A stretch of 38,150 nt of DNA, taken from Rudaea sp. (GTDB lineage: Bacteria > Pseudomonadota > Gammaproteobacteria > Xanthomonadales > Rhodanobacteraceae). Within the stretch, counting starts at the first letter, position 1. The number at the start of each line of letters is the position of its first letter. Location of the stretch: positions 1-38,150 of the forward strand of contig DATBAU010000143.1 of assembly GCA_036271355.1 (NCBI GenBank), read 5' to 3'. Positions 1-10,080 of this stretch are shown here, one piece after another. Made by a program: the position numbers and the translations under genes. The notes beneath the pieces are model-generated. The model saw only the letters and a program-made list of their open reading frames with translations. It made no database searches and was not told the DNA's origin.

Positions 1-26
1 TTGACGCATTTGCTAGCATCCGTGCA

Positions 27-1859
27 ATGGATTCGCGCGCGTTGCACGTTCTCAATTCGGTTTTCGGTTACGCGGCGTTCCGCGGCGAGCAGCAGGCGAT
101 CATCGAGCACGTCGCGCGCGGCGGCGATGCGCTCGTGCTGATGCCGACCGGCGGCGGCAAATCGCTGTGTTATCAGATTCCGTCGCTGCTGCGCGAAGGC
201 ATCGGCATCGTCGTCTCGCCGCTGATCGCGCTGATGCAGGATCAGGTCGCCGCGCTGCGGCAGCTCGGCATCGAAGCGGCGTTTCTCAATTCCAGTCTCG
301 ATGCCATGGCGCAGCGTGATGTCGAGCGCCGCATGTTGGCGGGCGAACTGAAACTGTTGTATGTCGCGCCGGAACGTTTGCTGACCGAGCGTTTTCTCGA
401 TCAGATGTCGCGCATGCCGCTCGCGCTGTTTGCCATCGACGAGGCGCATTGCGTGTCGCAGTGGGGCCACGATTTCCGGCCGGAATACCGACAGCTGACG
501 ATCCTGCACGAGCGCTTTCCCGATATTCCGCGCATCGCGTTGACGGCGACGGCCGATGCGCCGACGCGGCGCGAGATCGTCGAGCATCTCAAGTTGGATG
601 ATGCGCGGCAGTTCGTTTCGAGCTTCGACCGGCCGAACATTCGGTATCGCGTCATCGAGAAGGACAACGCGCGACGGCAGCTCGCCGAGTTTCTCGAAGC
701 GCACGCGGGACAATCCGGGATCGTCTATTGCCAGTCGCGCAAGAAAGTGGAAGACACCGCCGGCTGGCTGGTCGAACAGGGTATCGCCGCGCTGCCGTAT
801 CACGCGGGCATGGATGCGGCGTCGCGCACGGCGAATCAGCAGCGCTTCCAGCGCGATGAGGGCATCGTCATGGTCGCCACCGTCGCGTTCGGCATGGGCA
901 TCGACAAACCCGATGTGCGTTTCGTCGCGCATCTGGATTTGCCGAAAAGTCTGGAAAGCTATTATCAGGAAACCGGACGCGCGGGACGCGACGGTCTGAG
1001 CGCCGACGCGTGGATGTGCTACGGACTCGGCGACGTCATCGCCATTCATCAGTTCATCGCGCAATCCGAGTCGGGCGAAGAGCGCAAACGGGTGGAGCGC
1101 GCCAAACTCGACGCGCTGCTCGGCTACGCCGAAACCACCGGTTGTCGGCGCAAACGTCTGCTCGCTTATTTCGGCGAAACACTTGGCGCGCCGTGCGGAA
1201 ATTGCGACAACTGTCTGGAGCCGACCACCGCCATCGACGGCACCGTATTCGCGCAGAAAGCGCTGTCGTGCGTGTATCGCAGCGGTCAGCGTTTTGGCGT
1301 GAAGCATCTCGTCGCCATCCTGCGCGGCGAGGACGACGAGCGCGTACGGTCGCTCGGCCACGACCGGTTGAGCGTCTTCGGCGTCGGCAAGGAATTGGAC
1401 GAGCGGCAATGGCGCAGTGTGTTTCGTCAGTTAGTCGCCGCTGGTCTGCTTGCGACGGATGATGAAGGTTACGGCGTGCTGAGTCTTGCGCCGGCGAGCA
1501 AACCGATCCTGCGCGGCGAAGGCACGATCAGCCTGCGCAAACCGGCCGAGAAAAAAGAACGCCGTCGCAAAACGCCGCGTGGCGATACGGCGAAGCCGTC
1601 GCTCGACATCGCGCCGCACGAGACGCATCGCTGGGATCAGCTGCGCGCGACACGCGCACGCCTCGCGCGCGAGCAAAGTGTGCCGGCGTATGTGATCTTT
1701 CACGATGCGACGTTGCTTCAGATGCTGCGCGATAGGCCGCAGACGGCGGATGCGATGGTTAAGATCAGTGGTGTCGGCGCAGCGAAGCTGGCGAAGTACG
1801 GCGAGGCGTTTTTGCAGGTGCTGCGGAGAACGGCGAACGGACCCGCCGTCGCCGATTAG
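27..1859 (+). CDS. recQ: ATP-dependent DNA helicase RecQ
   Basis: MPTGGGKS Walker [26 protein letters not shown], Zn-binding CRR...CGNCDNC, RQC and C-terminal HRDC ([12 protein letters not shown]). Confidence 0.97.
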   Translation: MDSRALHVLNSVFGYAAFRGEQQAIIEHVARGGDALVLMPTGGGKSLCYQIPSLLREGIGIVVSPLIALMQDQVAALRQLGIEAAFLNSSLDAMAQRDVERRMLAGELKLLYVAPERLLTERFLDQMSRMPLALFAIDEAHCVSQWGHDFRPEYRQLTILHERFPDIPRIALTATADAPTRREIVEHLKLDDARQFVSSFDRPNIRYRVIEKDNARRQLAEFLEAHAGQSGIVYCQSRKKVEDTAGWLVEQGIAALPYHAGMDAASRTANQQRFQRDEGIVMVATVAFGMGIDKPDVRFVAHLDLPKSLESYYQETGRAGRDGLSADAWMCYGLGDVIAIHQFIAQSESGEERKRVERAKLDALLGYAETTGCRRKRLLAYFGETLGAPCGNCDNCLEPTTAIDGTVFAQKALSCVYRSGQRFGVKHLVAILRGEDDERVRSLGHDRLSVFGVGKELDERQWRSVFRQLVAAGLLATDDEGYGVLSLAPASKPILRGEGTISLRKPAEKKERRRKTPRGDTAKPSLDIAPHETHRWDQLRATRARLAREQSVPAYVIFHDATLLQMLRDRPQTADAMVKISGVGAAKLAKYGEAFLQVLRRTANGPAVAD

Positions 1860-4492
1860 TCGAATCCGTTCTCGAATACGCGGTCGTTCGGGATCAGGAC
1901 GAAATTGACGATGTGCGGTTGCGTCGCGCCTGCGTTCACGTTGACCGGCGTTCCTCCCGACAGCGGGCATTTCTGGTCGTAGGCAGTTCCGTTCGGGCAC
2001 GAAATTCCGGAATAGATTTGATCGGTATAACCGCCACCCGCCTCGGTCGCGAGGTAATACGACGAACCGACGGGCGCGGAAACCATGTAGAAACCATTTT
2101 GGTCGGTGCCGGCGCCGGATACATAGCTGCGGTCGATGGAAGAAAATAGGTCGACGACGGCCCCGCTCACCGGTGTGCCGTGGTCATCGACGATGCGGCC
2201 AACCACCGCATCGAGTCGCGTCACCTGGAAATCCACATCCGTTGCCGAGACGCCAGTCCCGAGAACGATCGGCGTGCCCGTTGTGGCTACGCACGTCGAG
2301 CAGTCGATGCCTTGCCAGATCTGGCTGATGTAAGTGCCATAGTAGTTCGGCGTGGCGACGGCGTAGTACGTGCCCGGCGCAACATCGGTGATGACGTAAT
2401 TGCCGTCCGCATCGGACGCGGCATAGCCGATAACGGTTCCCGTGCCGTCATAGATGGTCGTCGTTATGGATGCCGGAATATCGCTGCCGGCGCCGGCGCG
2501 GATTCCGGCGTGTCCGCCGATACGGGACGAGGCATTCAACGCGAAGTCGAACGACGGCACCGTCTGCTCACCCGCCACGACAGTGAGCAACGTGGCGCCC
2601 GCTATGTTGCAGTTCGCGCTGGAATAATAATTTGTCGCTTCGCAAATGATGCCGCTATAAACCTGATCGACATGGTCGCTGCTCTGGGCCCACACGAAAT
2701 ACTGACCCGCAGGGACGTTTGGGATACCGTAATTGCCAAGGCCATCCGTGACCGAGTTCAGGTTCGAATAACCGGACATGCTCGGCGGCTGCGTGTTGAG
2801 GAAGACTTGCACGTTTCGCAACGGCGCGCCCGTCGTCGCGTCGGTGATGTGGCCACTCAGCGTCGGAAAATAGTCCAGGACAAAATCCGCCTCGATGCTT
2901 TGGCCCACGGAAGTAAACGTGAACGCCGTGGCTTCGGACAGTTCGGCAACACAATTCGAAATGCAATCGTGAGCGGGATAAAGCTGAGAGAAGACGGTGT
3001 TGCCGCTGGCATAGATATAGTAGGTACCTGTGCCGATGGACCCGGCGGTGTAGTTGCCGTAATTATCGGTTCCGCCATAGGCGACGTTGTTTCCATTTTT
3101 ATCGAGGACGATCAGACTGACGGAACTTAACGGCTGGCCATCGCTGCCCGTCACTTTTCCGGTAAATGACGATAGTCGCGGGAGCCGGAAGTCCACATCG
3201 GTCACATCTTGCGAAGCAACGATGACTACGTTTGCCGCCAATGCGTTGCATTGCGATTGCGACGGACCGGCACAAGGAACGTTGTCGTACAACTGCGACC
3301 CATAACCCTGCGCGAAGGCTTGGATCACGTACGAACCCGGCGGCAGGGTGGTAAAGACGAAATGCCCCGCGGTGTCGGTATTGACGGAGGTTACTCCCTG
3401 ACCGTTCGGCATCAGCAGCGAAACCGAGCTTTGACTCAACGGAGTATTGTCCGTTGCGCGCACCTCCCCGGAGATTTTCTGTCCCGTGCTGAGCGAAAAG
3501 TTGATGTTCGAAACGGAACCGGTTGCGGTAACGGTGACCGTGTGCGCCTGGCTCAAATCGCATTCGGAGCTGTAATAGTAAATTCCATACGGACAGTTGC
3601 CCGTTGGATAAAGCTGGGTTATGTACGATTGCGCGCTGGCGACGACATAGTACGTGCCCGCCTGGGGAGCCGTCGCAGAGTAGTTGCCGTTCTGATCGGC
3701 ATAGCCGTATGCCGAGTAACCGTAGGTTGTCGAATATAAAGTGATGTAGGCGTTCGCGACGGGCGCGTTCGTCTTAATGTCTTTCACCGATCCGTTGACG
3801 GAGCCGGGTGCGACAGTGGCGTTGAGCATGACAATTCCAGAAACGCCCGAGTTCGCCAAATGCACAAACAGCGTTTGCGATGGAGCATTGACGGCGACGA
3901 CATCGGCATCGAGTCCAAGGCCATCGTCGTTGCTCGCGATGGATTGCGCGCCCGCTTCGCATCCAGCGAAAACCTCAAGTGACGGGTCCGGTCCGGCAGA
4001 TGTGGTGCGAAAGCGCAGATTCGCAGCGTCGACTCCCGACATGAAAAACCATGCATCGGACGACGTCTGTAACGCCAGTTGCACAGGATGGTCGGGCGAG
4101 ATTCCCAACGCATTGGCGCAATTTGCGCCGTGCGTTGCGGAAACCGATTCGAGATCGATTTGGGAACGTGGTAGTGAACCGGGAACCAAAGCCGGCGCTA
4201 ACGAATAGGCGATGTCGAACTTCAATTTTTCGAATCGCATGGCGATCGCCGTGAATTTACGAACGACGGTCTGGTCGGTTTCGGCAGCGATCGATGCGCG
4301 CGTGAGCGACAGCCGATGCTCCAGATCCGACATTTCAACCGAGGACGGCGTCGTGCCGTGATCGAATTGATCGGCGGCATGCGCGATTTGCGCACCCAAC
4401 GACCGAACGGCGTCGACTGTAACGGCGGATTCGGCGGCTACTTGAGCGCATGCCGCGAGCAGCGCCAGTAACGTGAAAATTCGTACGGCCAT
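1856..4492 (-). CDS. Secreted protein: PPC-like N-terminal domain + six carboxypeptidase-regulatory-like beta-sandwich repeats, C-terminal DRVFENGFD motif
   Basis: Signal peptide [20 protein letters not shown] from ATG 4492; repeats G-x-V-x-D...G-x-P...TD-x-x-G-x-Y...G-x-Y-Y-V; stop overlaps recQ stop (TTAG). Confidence 0.8.
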   Translation of the reverse strand: MAVRIFTLLALLAACAQVAAESAVTVDAVRSLGAQIAHAADQFDHGTTPSSVEMSDLEHRLSLTRASIAAETDQTVVRKFTAIAMRFEKLKFDIAYSLAPALVPGSLPRSQIDLESVSATHGANCANALGISPDHPVQLALQTSSDAWFFMSGVDAANLRFRTTSAGPDPSLEVFAGCEAGAQSIASNDDGLGLDADVVAVNAPSQTLFVHLANSGVSGIVMLNATVAPGSVNGSVKDIKTNAPVANAYITLYSTTYGYSAYGYADQNGNYSATAPQAGTYYVVASAQSYITQLYPTGNCPYGIYYYSSECDLSQAHTVTVTATGSVSNINFSLSTGQKISGEVRATDNTPLSQSSVSLLMPNGQGVTSVNTDTAGHFVFTTLPPGSYVIQAFAQGYGSQLYDNVPCAGPSQSQCNALAANVVIVASQDVTDVDFRLPRLSSFTGKVTGSDGQPLSSVSLIVLDKNGNNVAYGGTDNYGNYTAGSIGTGTYYIYASGNTVFSQLYPAHDCISNCVAELSEATAFTFTSVGQSIEADFVLDYFPTLSGHITDATTGAPLRNVQVFLNTQPPSMSGYSNLNSVTDGLGNYGIPNVPAGQYFVWAQSSDHVDQVYSGIICEATNYYSSANCNIAGATLLTVVAGEQTVPSFDFALNASSRIGGHAGIRAGAGSDIPASITTTIYDGTGTVIGYAASDADGNYVITDVAPGTYYAVATPNYYGTYISQIWQGIDCSTCVATTGTPIVLGTGVSATDVDFQVTRLDAVVGRIVDDHGTPVSGAVVDLFSSIDRSYVSGAGTDQNGFYMVSAPVGSSYYLATEAGGGYTDQIYSGISCPNGTAYDQKCPLSGGTPVNVNAGATQPHIVNFVLIPNDRVFENGFD

Positions 4493-4749
4493 CGGTTTTC
4501 CCCAAAATATCGCGCTGCATGCCGCAACGATCGAATCGCGCAATTCTACCAGTGACCCGAACCCATCGGCGTGTGAACGAACTGGATCGTCTCGACATAC
4601 CGTTATCGATCAAGGACAATGCAGTGTCAGCCAGATCGCCCGCGGAAACGGGCTAAAGGCGTCTCAATCCTATCGGAAGACAAGGCCGCTCCAGGCCGCT
4701 TTAACGACCTGCTGTCAAAATTGCTGATGTCAATATTGTTGCAGCCCAC

Positions 4750-5475
4750 ATGATGACGGGGATCCGCGTGTCCGACTGGACTATTCTCTGTGACTTCGAT
4801 GGCACCGCCGCCCTCGACGACACAACCGACACTTTGCTCGAAACGTTTGGCCGCGACGGCTGGGAAGCGCTGGAAGCGGAATGGCGCGCCGGCAAAATCG
4901 GCTCGCGCGAATGCATGGCCGGCCAAGTCGCCTTGCTCGACATGGACCGCACGCAGCTCGATGCGCATCTGGCCGCGCGCAAACTCGATGCGTCGTTCGC
5001 GGAGTTCGTCGCGCTGACGCGAGAGCTCGGCATGCACGTCGAAATCCTGAGCGACGGTTTGGATTACGCGATCCATAAAATCCTCGCGCGCTACGCATTG
5101 GATGGTTTGCCCGTTACGTCCAACAAGCTTGATGTGGTTGAAGACCGTCGCTGGAAATTGACGTTTCCGAATGCAAGCACGGAATGCCGCGTCGCCAGCG
5201 GCACGTGCAAGTGCGCGTGCTCGGTGAATGCGCGCGCCGCCGGTAAACGCGTGTTGCTGATCGGCGACGGCGCGTCGGATTTTTGCGTCGCGCGCGTCGC
5301 CGACTTCGTTTTCGCGAAAGGCAAATTGATCGCGCATTGCATCGCCAACAACATCGCGCACGCGCCGATCACGGATTTTTCCGACGTCATCGCGCTGATC
5401 CCTTCGCTCATCGCAGGCCAATTGAGCGGCCGCGAACAACCTATTCATTCGCAGGATATCGTTTCTCATGCGTGA
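4750..5475 (+). CDS. MtnX-like HAD-IB family phosphatase (start may be GTG 4768)
   Basis: CDFDGT motif I, LSDG motif II, CKC, IGDGASD motif IV, ADFVFAK. Confidence 0.88.
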   Translation: MMTGIRVSDWTILCDFDGTAALDDTTDTLLETFGRDGWEALEAEWRAGKIGSRECMAGQVALLDMDRTQLDAHLAARKLDASFAEFVALTRELGMHVEILSDGLDYAIHKILARYALDGLPVTSNKLDVVEDRRWKLTFPNASTECRVASGTCKCACSVNARAAGKRVLLIGDGASDFCVARVADFVFAKGKLIAHCIANNIAHAPITDFSDVIALIPSLIAGQLSGREQPIHSQDIVSHA

Positions 5476-6883
5476 AGCTGCAGTGCCGGTAAGGCCGGTG
5501 TTTTCCAGCGTCGATCGCGACGTGGATCTGCTCGCCGACGAAGCCAAATATTGTTCGTTCGGCGATACGGTGCATTACTCCGATCCGCCGAAAATTTTTG
5601 ACCGTTGCGACGGCAGTTACCTGTACGACGGCAACGGCACGCCGTTCCTCGATCTGCAGATGTGGTATTCGGCCGTCAATTTCGGCTATGCCAACAAACG
5701 CCTCAATGATGTGCTGAAACATCAGATCGACACCTTGCCGCAAGTCGCCAGTCAATATCTCCACCCGACCAAGATCGAGCTGGCGAAAGTGGTCGCGCAA
5801 GACGCGAAGAAGAAATGGGGCCTCGACGGCCGCGTGCATTTCAATGTGGGTGGTTCGCAGTCGGTCGAAGATTCCATGAAGATCGTGCGCAACGCGAGCA
5901 ACGGCAAAAGCCTGATGTTCGCGTTCGAAGGCGGCTATCACGGCCGCACGCTGGGCGCGTCGGCGATCACGTCGTCGTATCGCTACCGGCGCCGCTACGG
6001 TCATTTCGATCGCGCACAGTTCGTCGAATTTCCGTATCACTTCCGCGGGCCGAAAGGCATGTCGAAGGAAGAGTACGGCGAACTCTGCGTGGCGAAATTC
6101 GAGCGCCTGTTCGAGACCGAATACAACGGCGTGTGGGATCCGAAAGTCGGCCAGTGCGAATACGCGGCGTTTTATGTCGAACCGATCCAGGGCACGGGCG
6201 GTTATGTCATTCCGCCGCCGAATTTCTTCACGGGCTTAAAGCGCGTACTCGATAAATACGGCATCTTGCTTGTCGTCGACGAAATCCAGATGGGATTTTT
6301 CCGCACCGGCAAATTGTGGTCGATCGAACATTTCGGCGTAAAACCCGATGTGTTGGTGTTCGGCAAGGCGCTGACGAACGGCCTGAATCCGCTCGCCGGC
6401 ATTTGGGCGCGGGAAGAACTGATCAACCCGAAAGTTTTTCCGCCTGGATCGACGCATTCGACATTCGCATCCAATCCGCTCGGCACGGCGGTCGGACTCG
6501 AAACGATGAAGATGCTCGCCGAAACCGACTACGAAGCGATGGTGATGGCGAAGGGCGAACGTTTCCTTGAAGGCCTTCGCGAACTGCAGAAAAAGCACAA
6601 GGAAATCGGCGATGTCGATGGATTGGGTTTAGCGTTGCGTGCGGAAATTTGCGAAGCCGACGGGTTCACGCCGAACAAGAAATTGCTCGACAAGATGTGC
6701 GACATCGGCCTGGCCGGCGAACTCGACCACGGCGGCAAGAAAATCGGCTTGGTGCTCGATGTCGGCGGCTACTACAAGAACGTGATCACGCTGGCGCCGT
6801 CGCTGCACATCAGCAACGACGAAATCGATCTGGGATTGAAGCTGATCGATCAGCTTCTGACGAAGGCGAAAAAACTCGCCTGA
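5468..6883 (+). CDS. Class III PLP-dependent aminotransferase
   Basis: YHGRT, VEPIQGTGG, DEIQMGFFRTG, FGKALTNG (PLP lysine), HSTFASNP; start overlaps the end of the phosphatase gene. Confidence 0.92.
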   Translation: MREAAVPVRPVFSSVDRDVDLLADEAKYCSFGDTVHYSDPPKIFDRCDGSYLYDGNGTPFLDLQMWYSAVNFGYANKRLNDVLKHQIDTLPQVASQYLHPTKIELAKVVAQDAKKKWGLDGRVHFNVGGSQSVEDSMKIVRNASNGKSLMFAFEGGYHGRTLGASAITSSYRYRRRYGHFDRAQFVEFPYHFRGPKGMSKEEYGELCVAKFERLFETEYNGVWDPKVGQCEYAAFYVEPIQGTGGYVIPPPNFFTGLKRVLDKYGILLVVDEIQMGFFRTGKLWSIEHFGVKPDVLVFGKALTNGLNPLAGIWAREELINPKVFPPGSTHSTFASNPLGTAVGLETMKMLAETDYEAMVMAKGERFLEGLRELQKKHKEIGDVDGLGLALRAEICEADGFTPNKKLLDKMCDIGLAGELDHGGKKIGLVLDVGGYYKNVITLAPSLHISNDEIDLGLKLIDQLLTKAKKLA

Positions 6884-6900
6884 CAAGGACCCCACTAATT

Positions 6901-7125
6901 TGTCATTCCAGCGAGGAGCTCCACAACAGCGAAGCTGGTCAAGCTGGAATCCAGCTTTGATTTAAGGAAAGCCAGAGCTTTCACTCGCCTGCGGCGAGTG
7001 AGTCACTTTCTTTGCTGCGTGCAAAGGAAGTAAGCAAAGAAAGCACGTTTGTTCTTCACGAACGGTGTGTTCGCCGAAGCCACATCCCTGTACCTGCGTC
7101 GAACGGCGCACTTCCTGTGCGCCGT
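6901..7125. repeat. Composite REP/MITE-like palindromic intergenic element
   Basis: ATTCCAGC(6905-6912)/GCTGGAAT(6943-6950); TCACTCGCC-TGC-GGCGAGTGA (6981-7001); CTTTCTTTGCT(7006-7016)/AGCAAAGAAAG(7033-7043); ACGGCGCAC-TTCCT-GTGCGCCGT (7103-7125); lies between convergent genes. Confidence 0.7.
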
Positions 7126-7156
7126 ATGCGTCGCAGTGGATTTGGATTAAAGCGAT

Positions 7157-8035
7157 TCAATTCCAGGTGAGAATGCGGTCGGCGATCGTCTGCGTACGGC
7201 CGCCGACCCACACCTCGCCGCCGGCGTCGATGCGCAGCGTGATCGATGCATCGTGTCCCATCTCACGGCCCTGGCTCACGCGAAAGCCGCGTGCGAGTGT
7301 GCCGCCCGGTTCGCACATGGCGATCCACGTTGCGATCAAGCCGTTCGCCGCGCCTGACGCCGGATCTTCGACGATGCCGACGCCCGCCGGAAATGCGCGA
7401 ACGACCAGTTGATAGTCGGCATTCGCGCAGCGCGCGAACACGCACAGGCCCATGCAATTGTCGAGCTTCGCCAGCGCACCGATGGCGGCGTGATCCGGTT
7501 GCCACGAACGTACCGATTCCTCATCCGCGAATTCCGCGACCCACCAGCGCCGTCCGCCTTCGATGAGCGCGGGCGGCAGGCCGCCCATGCGCCGATCGCC
7601 GAGGGCCGCGTTCAACGCGGTGCGACTGGCGGCAGAGTCGGCAACCTTTTTTGCACTCGGCGCCTGGATGAGAAGTTCGCGCGACTCGCTTTTTCCTTCG
7701 ACGCGAATCGGAAGCAAGCCGGCGCCGCATTGCTGAATCAGAGTTCCATCGCGGGCCGCAGCGAACCCCGTATTGAGCGCCGCGTGCGCGCTGCCGATGC
7801 TCGGATGTCCGGCGAACGGAATTTCCTGGGTGGGTGTAAAAATGCGCAAACGATAATTTGCGGCATCGTTTTCCGGCGGCAGGAGAAATGTCGTTTCGAC
7901 AAGATTCGTCCACGCCGCGAAGCGCTGCATTTCCGAGCCGCTCCAGCCGCGCGCATCGACGACGACGCCCAGCGGATTGCCGCCGCCCGGTGTGGCCGGA
8001 AAAACGTCGAGCTGCAAATAATGGAAAGTCGGCAT
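7157..8035 (-). CDS. PhzF family isomerase/epimerase
   Basis: QLDVF...GGNPLGVV, NLVETTF, RIFTPTQEIPFAGHP, EDPASGAANG, SQGREMG. Confidence 0.92.
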   Translation of the reverse strand: MPTFHYLQLDVFPATPGGGNPLGVVVDARGWSGSEMQRFAAWTNLVETTFLLPPENDAANYRLRIFTPTQEIPFAGHPSIGSAHAALNTGFAAARDGTLIQQCGAGLLPIRVEGKSESRELLIQAPSAKKVADSAASRTALNAALGDRRMGGLPPALIEGGRRWWVAEFADEESVRSWQPDHAAIGALAKLDNCMGLCVFARCANADYQLVVRAFPAGVGIVEDPASGAANGLIATWIAMCEPGGTLARGFRVSQGREMGHDASITLRIDAGGEVWVGGRTQTIADRILTWN

Positions 8036-8101
8036 GCGACGAAGACCGAGGCGAGGCGGATCGAAAACGATGGATGATAGCGTTTTCGACGAACGAAAAA
8101 G

Positions 8102-9316
8102 TCAGTCGAAACGTTTCAATGCGATGACGGCATTCAATCCGCCGAACGCAAACGAGTTGGACAATACGGCGCGGACTTTTTTCTCGCGCGCGACGTTCGG
8201 CACGCAGTCGAGATCGCACGCGGGATCCGGATCGATGAAATTGGCCGTGGGCGGGATCACGCCGTCGCGCAGTGCGCCGATGGCGGCAACCAGTTCGATG
8301 GCACCCGCCGCGCCGAGTGCATGGCCGTGCATGGATTTCGTCGACGATACGGCGAGCGTATTCGCGTGCTCGCCGAACACGCGGCGAATCGCTTTGGATT
8401 CGGTCGGATCGTTCGCGGGCGTACCGGTGCCGTGCGCATTGATGTAGCCGATGTCGCCGGCGTCGAGCCGTGCGTCGCGCAACGCGCTGGCGAGCGCTCG
8501 GGCCGCGCCGGTTTCGGACGGCAGCACGATGTCGCCCGCGTCGGCCGACATGCCGCTGCCGGCGAACTCGGCGAGAATCGTCGCACCGCGCTGGCGAGCG
8601 TGTTCGTATTCTTCGAGCACGAAAATCCCGGCGCCTTCGCCGAGTACCATGCCGCGCCGCTGCTTGCAGAATGGACGGCATGTGTCGTCGGCCGTCACGC
8701 GCACGGCTTCCCAGGCTTTTATTGTCGGCACGGTGATGCAGGCTTCTGTTCCGCCCGTCACGGCAAAATCCACTTTTCCACTTCGCACCATGTCGAACGC
8801 CTGTGCCATCGCGTGATTCGCCGAGGCGCACGCGCTCACGACGGCGAACGACGGTCCGGTCAATTTGTATTCCATCGTGATCTGGCAGGCCGGCGCGTTC
8901 GCCATGAGGCGCACGATGGTCAGCGGATGCACGCGCGGATTCCTGTCGCCGTAAAATCGCTGCGACTGTTCGTTGTGCGTGTTCTCGCCGCCGATGCCGG
9001 TGCCGACGATGCAGGCGGTGCGTTCGCCGATTTCCGACTCGGTGAATGCCAAACCGGATTGCGCGACGGCTTCGCGCGCGGCAATCAGCGCGAATTGCGA
9101 AACGCGGTCGAGCAGGATCAATCGTTTCGAATCGAAATGCTTCGACGGATCGTAGCCGCGCACTTCCGCGGCGATTTTCACGTTCAGCAGATCCGTGGGA
9201 ATATTCGCGATGGGACCGATGCCGGAGCGGCCTTCGCACATCGCGCGCCACTGTTCGCCGGCGTCGTGGCCGAGCGAACTGATGCTGCCCATGCCCGTGA
9301 TCGCGACGCGTCGCAT
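8102..9316 (-). CDS. Beta-ketoacyl-ACP synthase II family, NodE-like
   Basis: SACASANHA (catalytic Cys), NAHGTGT, SSTKSMHGHALGAAG, SNSFAFGGLN; segments KAWEAVRV..DTCRPF, D-A-x-DIV-x-PS and PDPACDLD resemble rhizobial NodE. Confidence 0.9.
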   Translation of the reverse strand: MRRVAITGMGSISSLGHDAGEQWRAMCEGRSGIGPIANIPTDLLNVKIAAEVRGYDPSKHFDSKRLILLDRVSQFALIAAREAVAQSGLAFTESEIGERTACIVGTGIGGENTHNEQSQRFYGDRNPRVHPLTIVRLMANAPACQITMEYKLTGPSFAVVSACASANHAMAQAFDMVRSGKVDFAVTGGTEACITVPTIKAWEAVRVTADDTCRPFCKQRRGMVLGEGAGIFVLEEYEHARQRGATILAEFAGSGMSADAGDIVLPSETGAARALASALRDARLDAGDIGYINAHGTGTPANDPTESKAIRRVFGEHANTLAVSSTKSMHGHALGAAGAIELVAAIGALRDGVIPPTANFIDPDPACDLDCVPNVAREKKVRAVLSNSFAFGGLNAVIALKRFD

Positions 9317-9340
9317 TGTGTTTCCGCCAAGTCGTGAGGA

Positions 9341-9604
9341 TCAGGCCGGCGGGGACGCGGCCTGTTTTTCCGCGAGGAGTTTTTCGACGGCGTCGACGAG
9401 ACCTTTCACGGATTCCGTGTCGAAATTCGGATCGCGGTCGGGCAACGTTATTTTGTAGTGGTCTTCGATCTCGAAAATGATCTGCACCGCGTCGAGCGAT
9501 TGGATTTCCAGATCTTTCAATGTCGACTCGGGCGTGATCCTGGCGATATCGATGCCGGCTTCCTTGGAAATGATGCTGAAGACGGTGTCCTGAACACTAC
9601 TCAT
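9341..9604 (-). CDS. Acyl carrier protein (paralog dedicated to the adjacent ketosynthase)
   Basis: ITPESTLKDLEIQSLDAVQIIFEIED ACP signature with Ppant Ser; GGAG-type RBS upstream; directly upstream of KS. Confidence 0.88.
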   Translation of the reverse strand: MSSVQDTVFSIISKEAGIDIARITPESTLKDLEIQSLDAVQIIFEIEDHYKITLPDRDPNFDTESVKGLVDAVEKLLAEKQAASPPA

Positions 9605-9649
9605 GAAGTTCTCCGCGACTCGTCGCTTAAGGATATCGGATGGCTAAGG

Positions 9650-10075
9650 TTACCGCGAGCCGGGCCGCGCGGTCGATGGAGGCACGTTGTGAGCGGCATC
9701 CGGGTTGGAGTCGGCGCCGAGCATGAAGATGCCTACCAGAATGATCAATGAACCCATGACTTGCATTGCGCCGACACGTTCGCCGAACAGCAGCCATGAC
9801 GAACACATCACGGCAACGAATACGATCGCGCTGGTGGCGAACGCGGAAGACAACGTCGACCGACGCAGGATCGTGAGCCACGCGAGGAATGCGCCGATGT
9901 AGCAGGCGATCGCAACCCAAAGCCATCCTGTCGTCAGCGCGCGCAAAAACGCATCGGGCGAGAAGTCGAAAGGACCTGTCGCCCGTCCCGCCATTTTCAG
10001 CGAAATCTGGCAAATCGTCTCGCACGTCAGCAATAGCAGCCAGGCCATCCAGGTGCGTGCTGCGATAACCGCCAT
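9650..10075 (-). CDS. EamA/SMR-like small membrane transporter (ArnE/ArnF-like)
   Basis: Four hydrophobic helices, ETICQISLK, LSSAFA, LLFGERV; start at 10075 or 10081. Confidence 0.8.
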   Translation of the reverse strand: MAVIAARTWMAWLLLLTCETICQISLKMAGRATGPFDFSPDAFLRALTTGWLWVAIACYIGAFLAWLTILRRSTLSSAFATSAIVFVAVMCSSWLLFGERVGAMQVMGSLIILVGIFMLGADSNPDAAHNVPPSTARPGSR

Positions 10076-10080
10076 TCCCA

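Noticed and set aside
1889-3810. Cys-Gln thioester domains in the secreted repeat protein
   Set aside because: The Cys residues come in pairs in every repeat, which fits disulfides better, and no TED-type motif is recognisable.
4712-4738. PHO box
   Set aside because: The TGTCA units are 15 bp apart rather than the required 11 bp.
4750-5475. Methionine-salvage mtnX
   Set aside because: Family resemblance only; no mtnW/mtnB/mtnD neighbours, and it is coupled to a class-III aminotransferase.
7157-8035. Phenazine biosynthesis cluster
   Set aside because: Only a PhzF-family gene; no phzA/B, D, E or G.
8102-9604. Nodulation (Nod factor) locus
   Set aside because: No nodABC or nod box; only the KS/ACP family resemblance.
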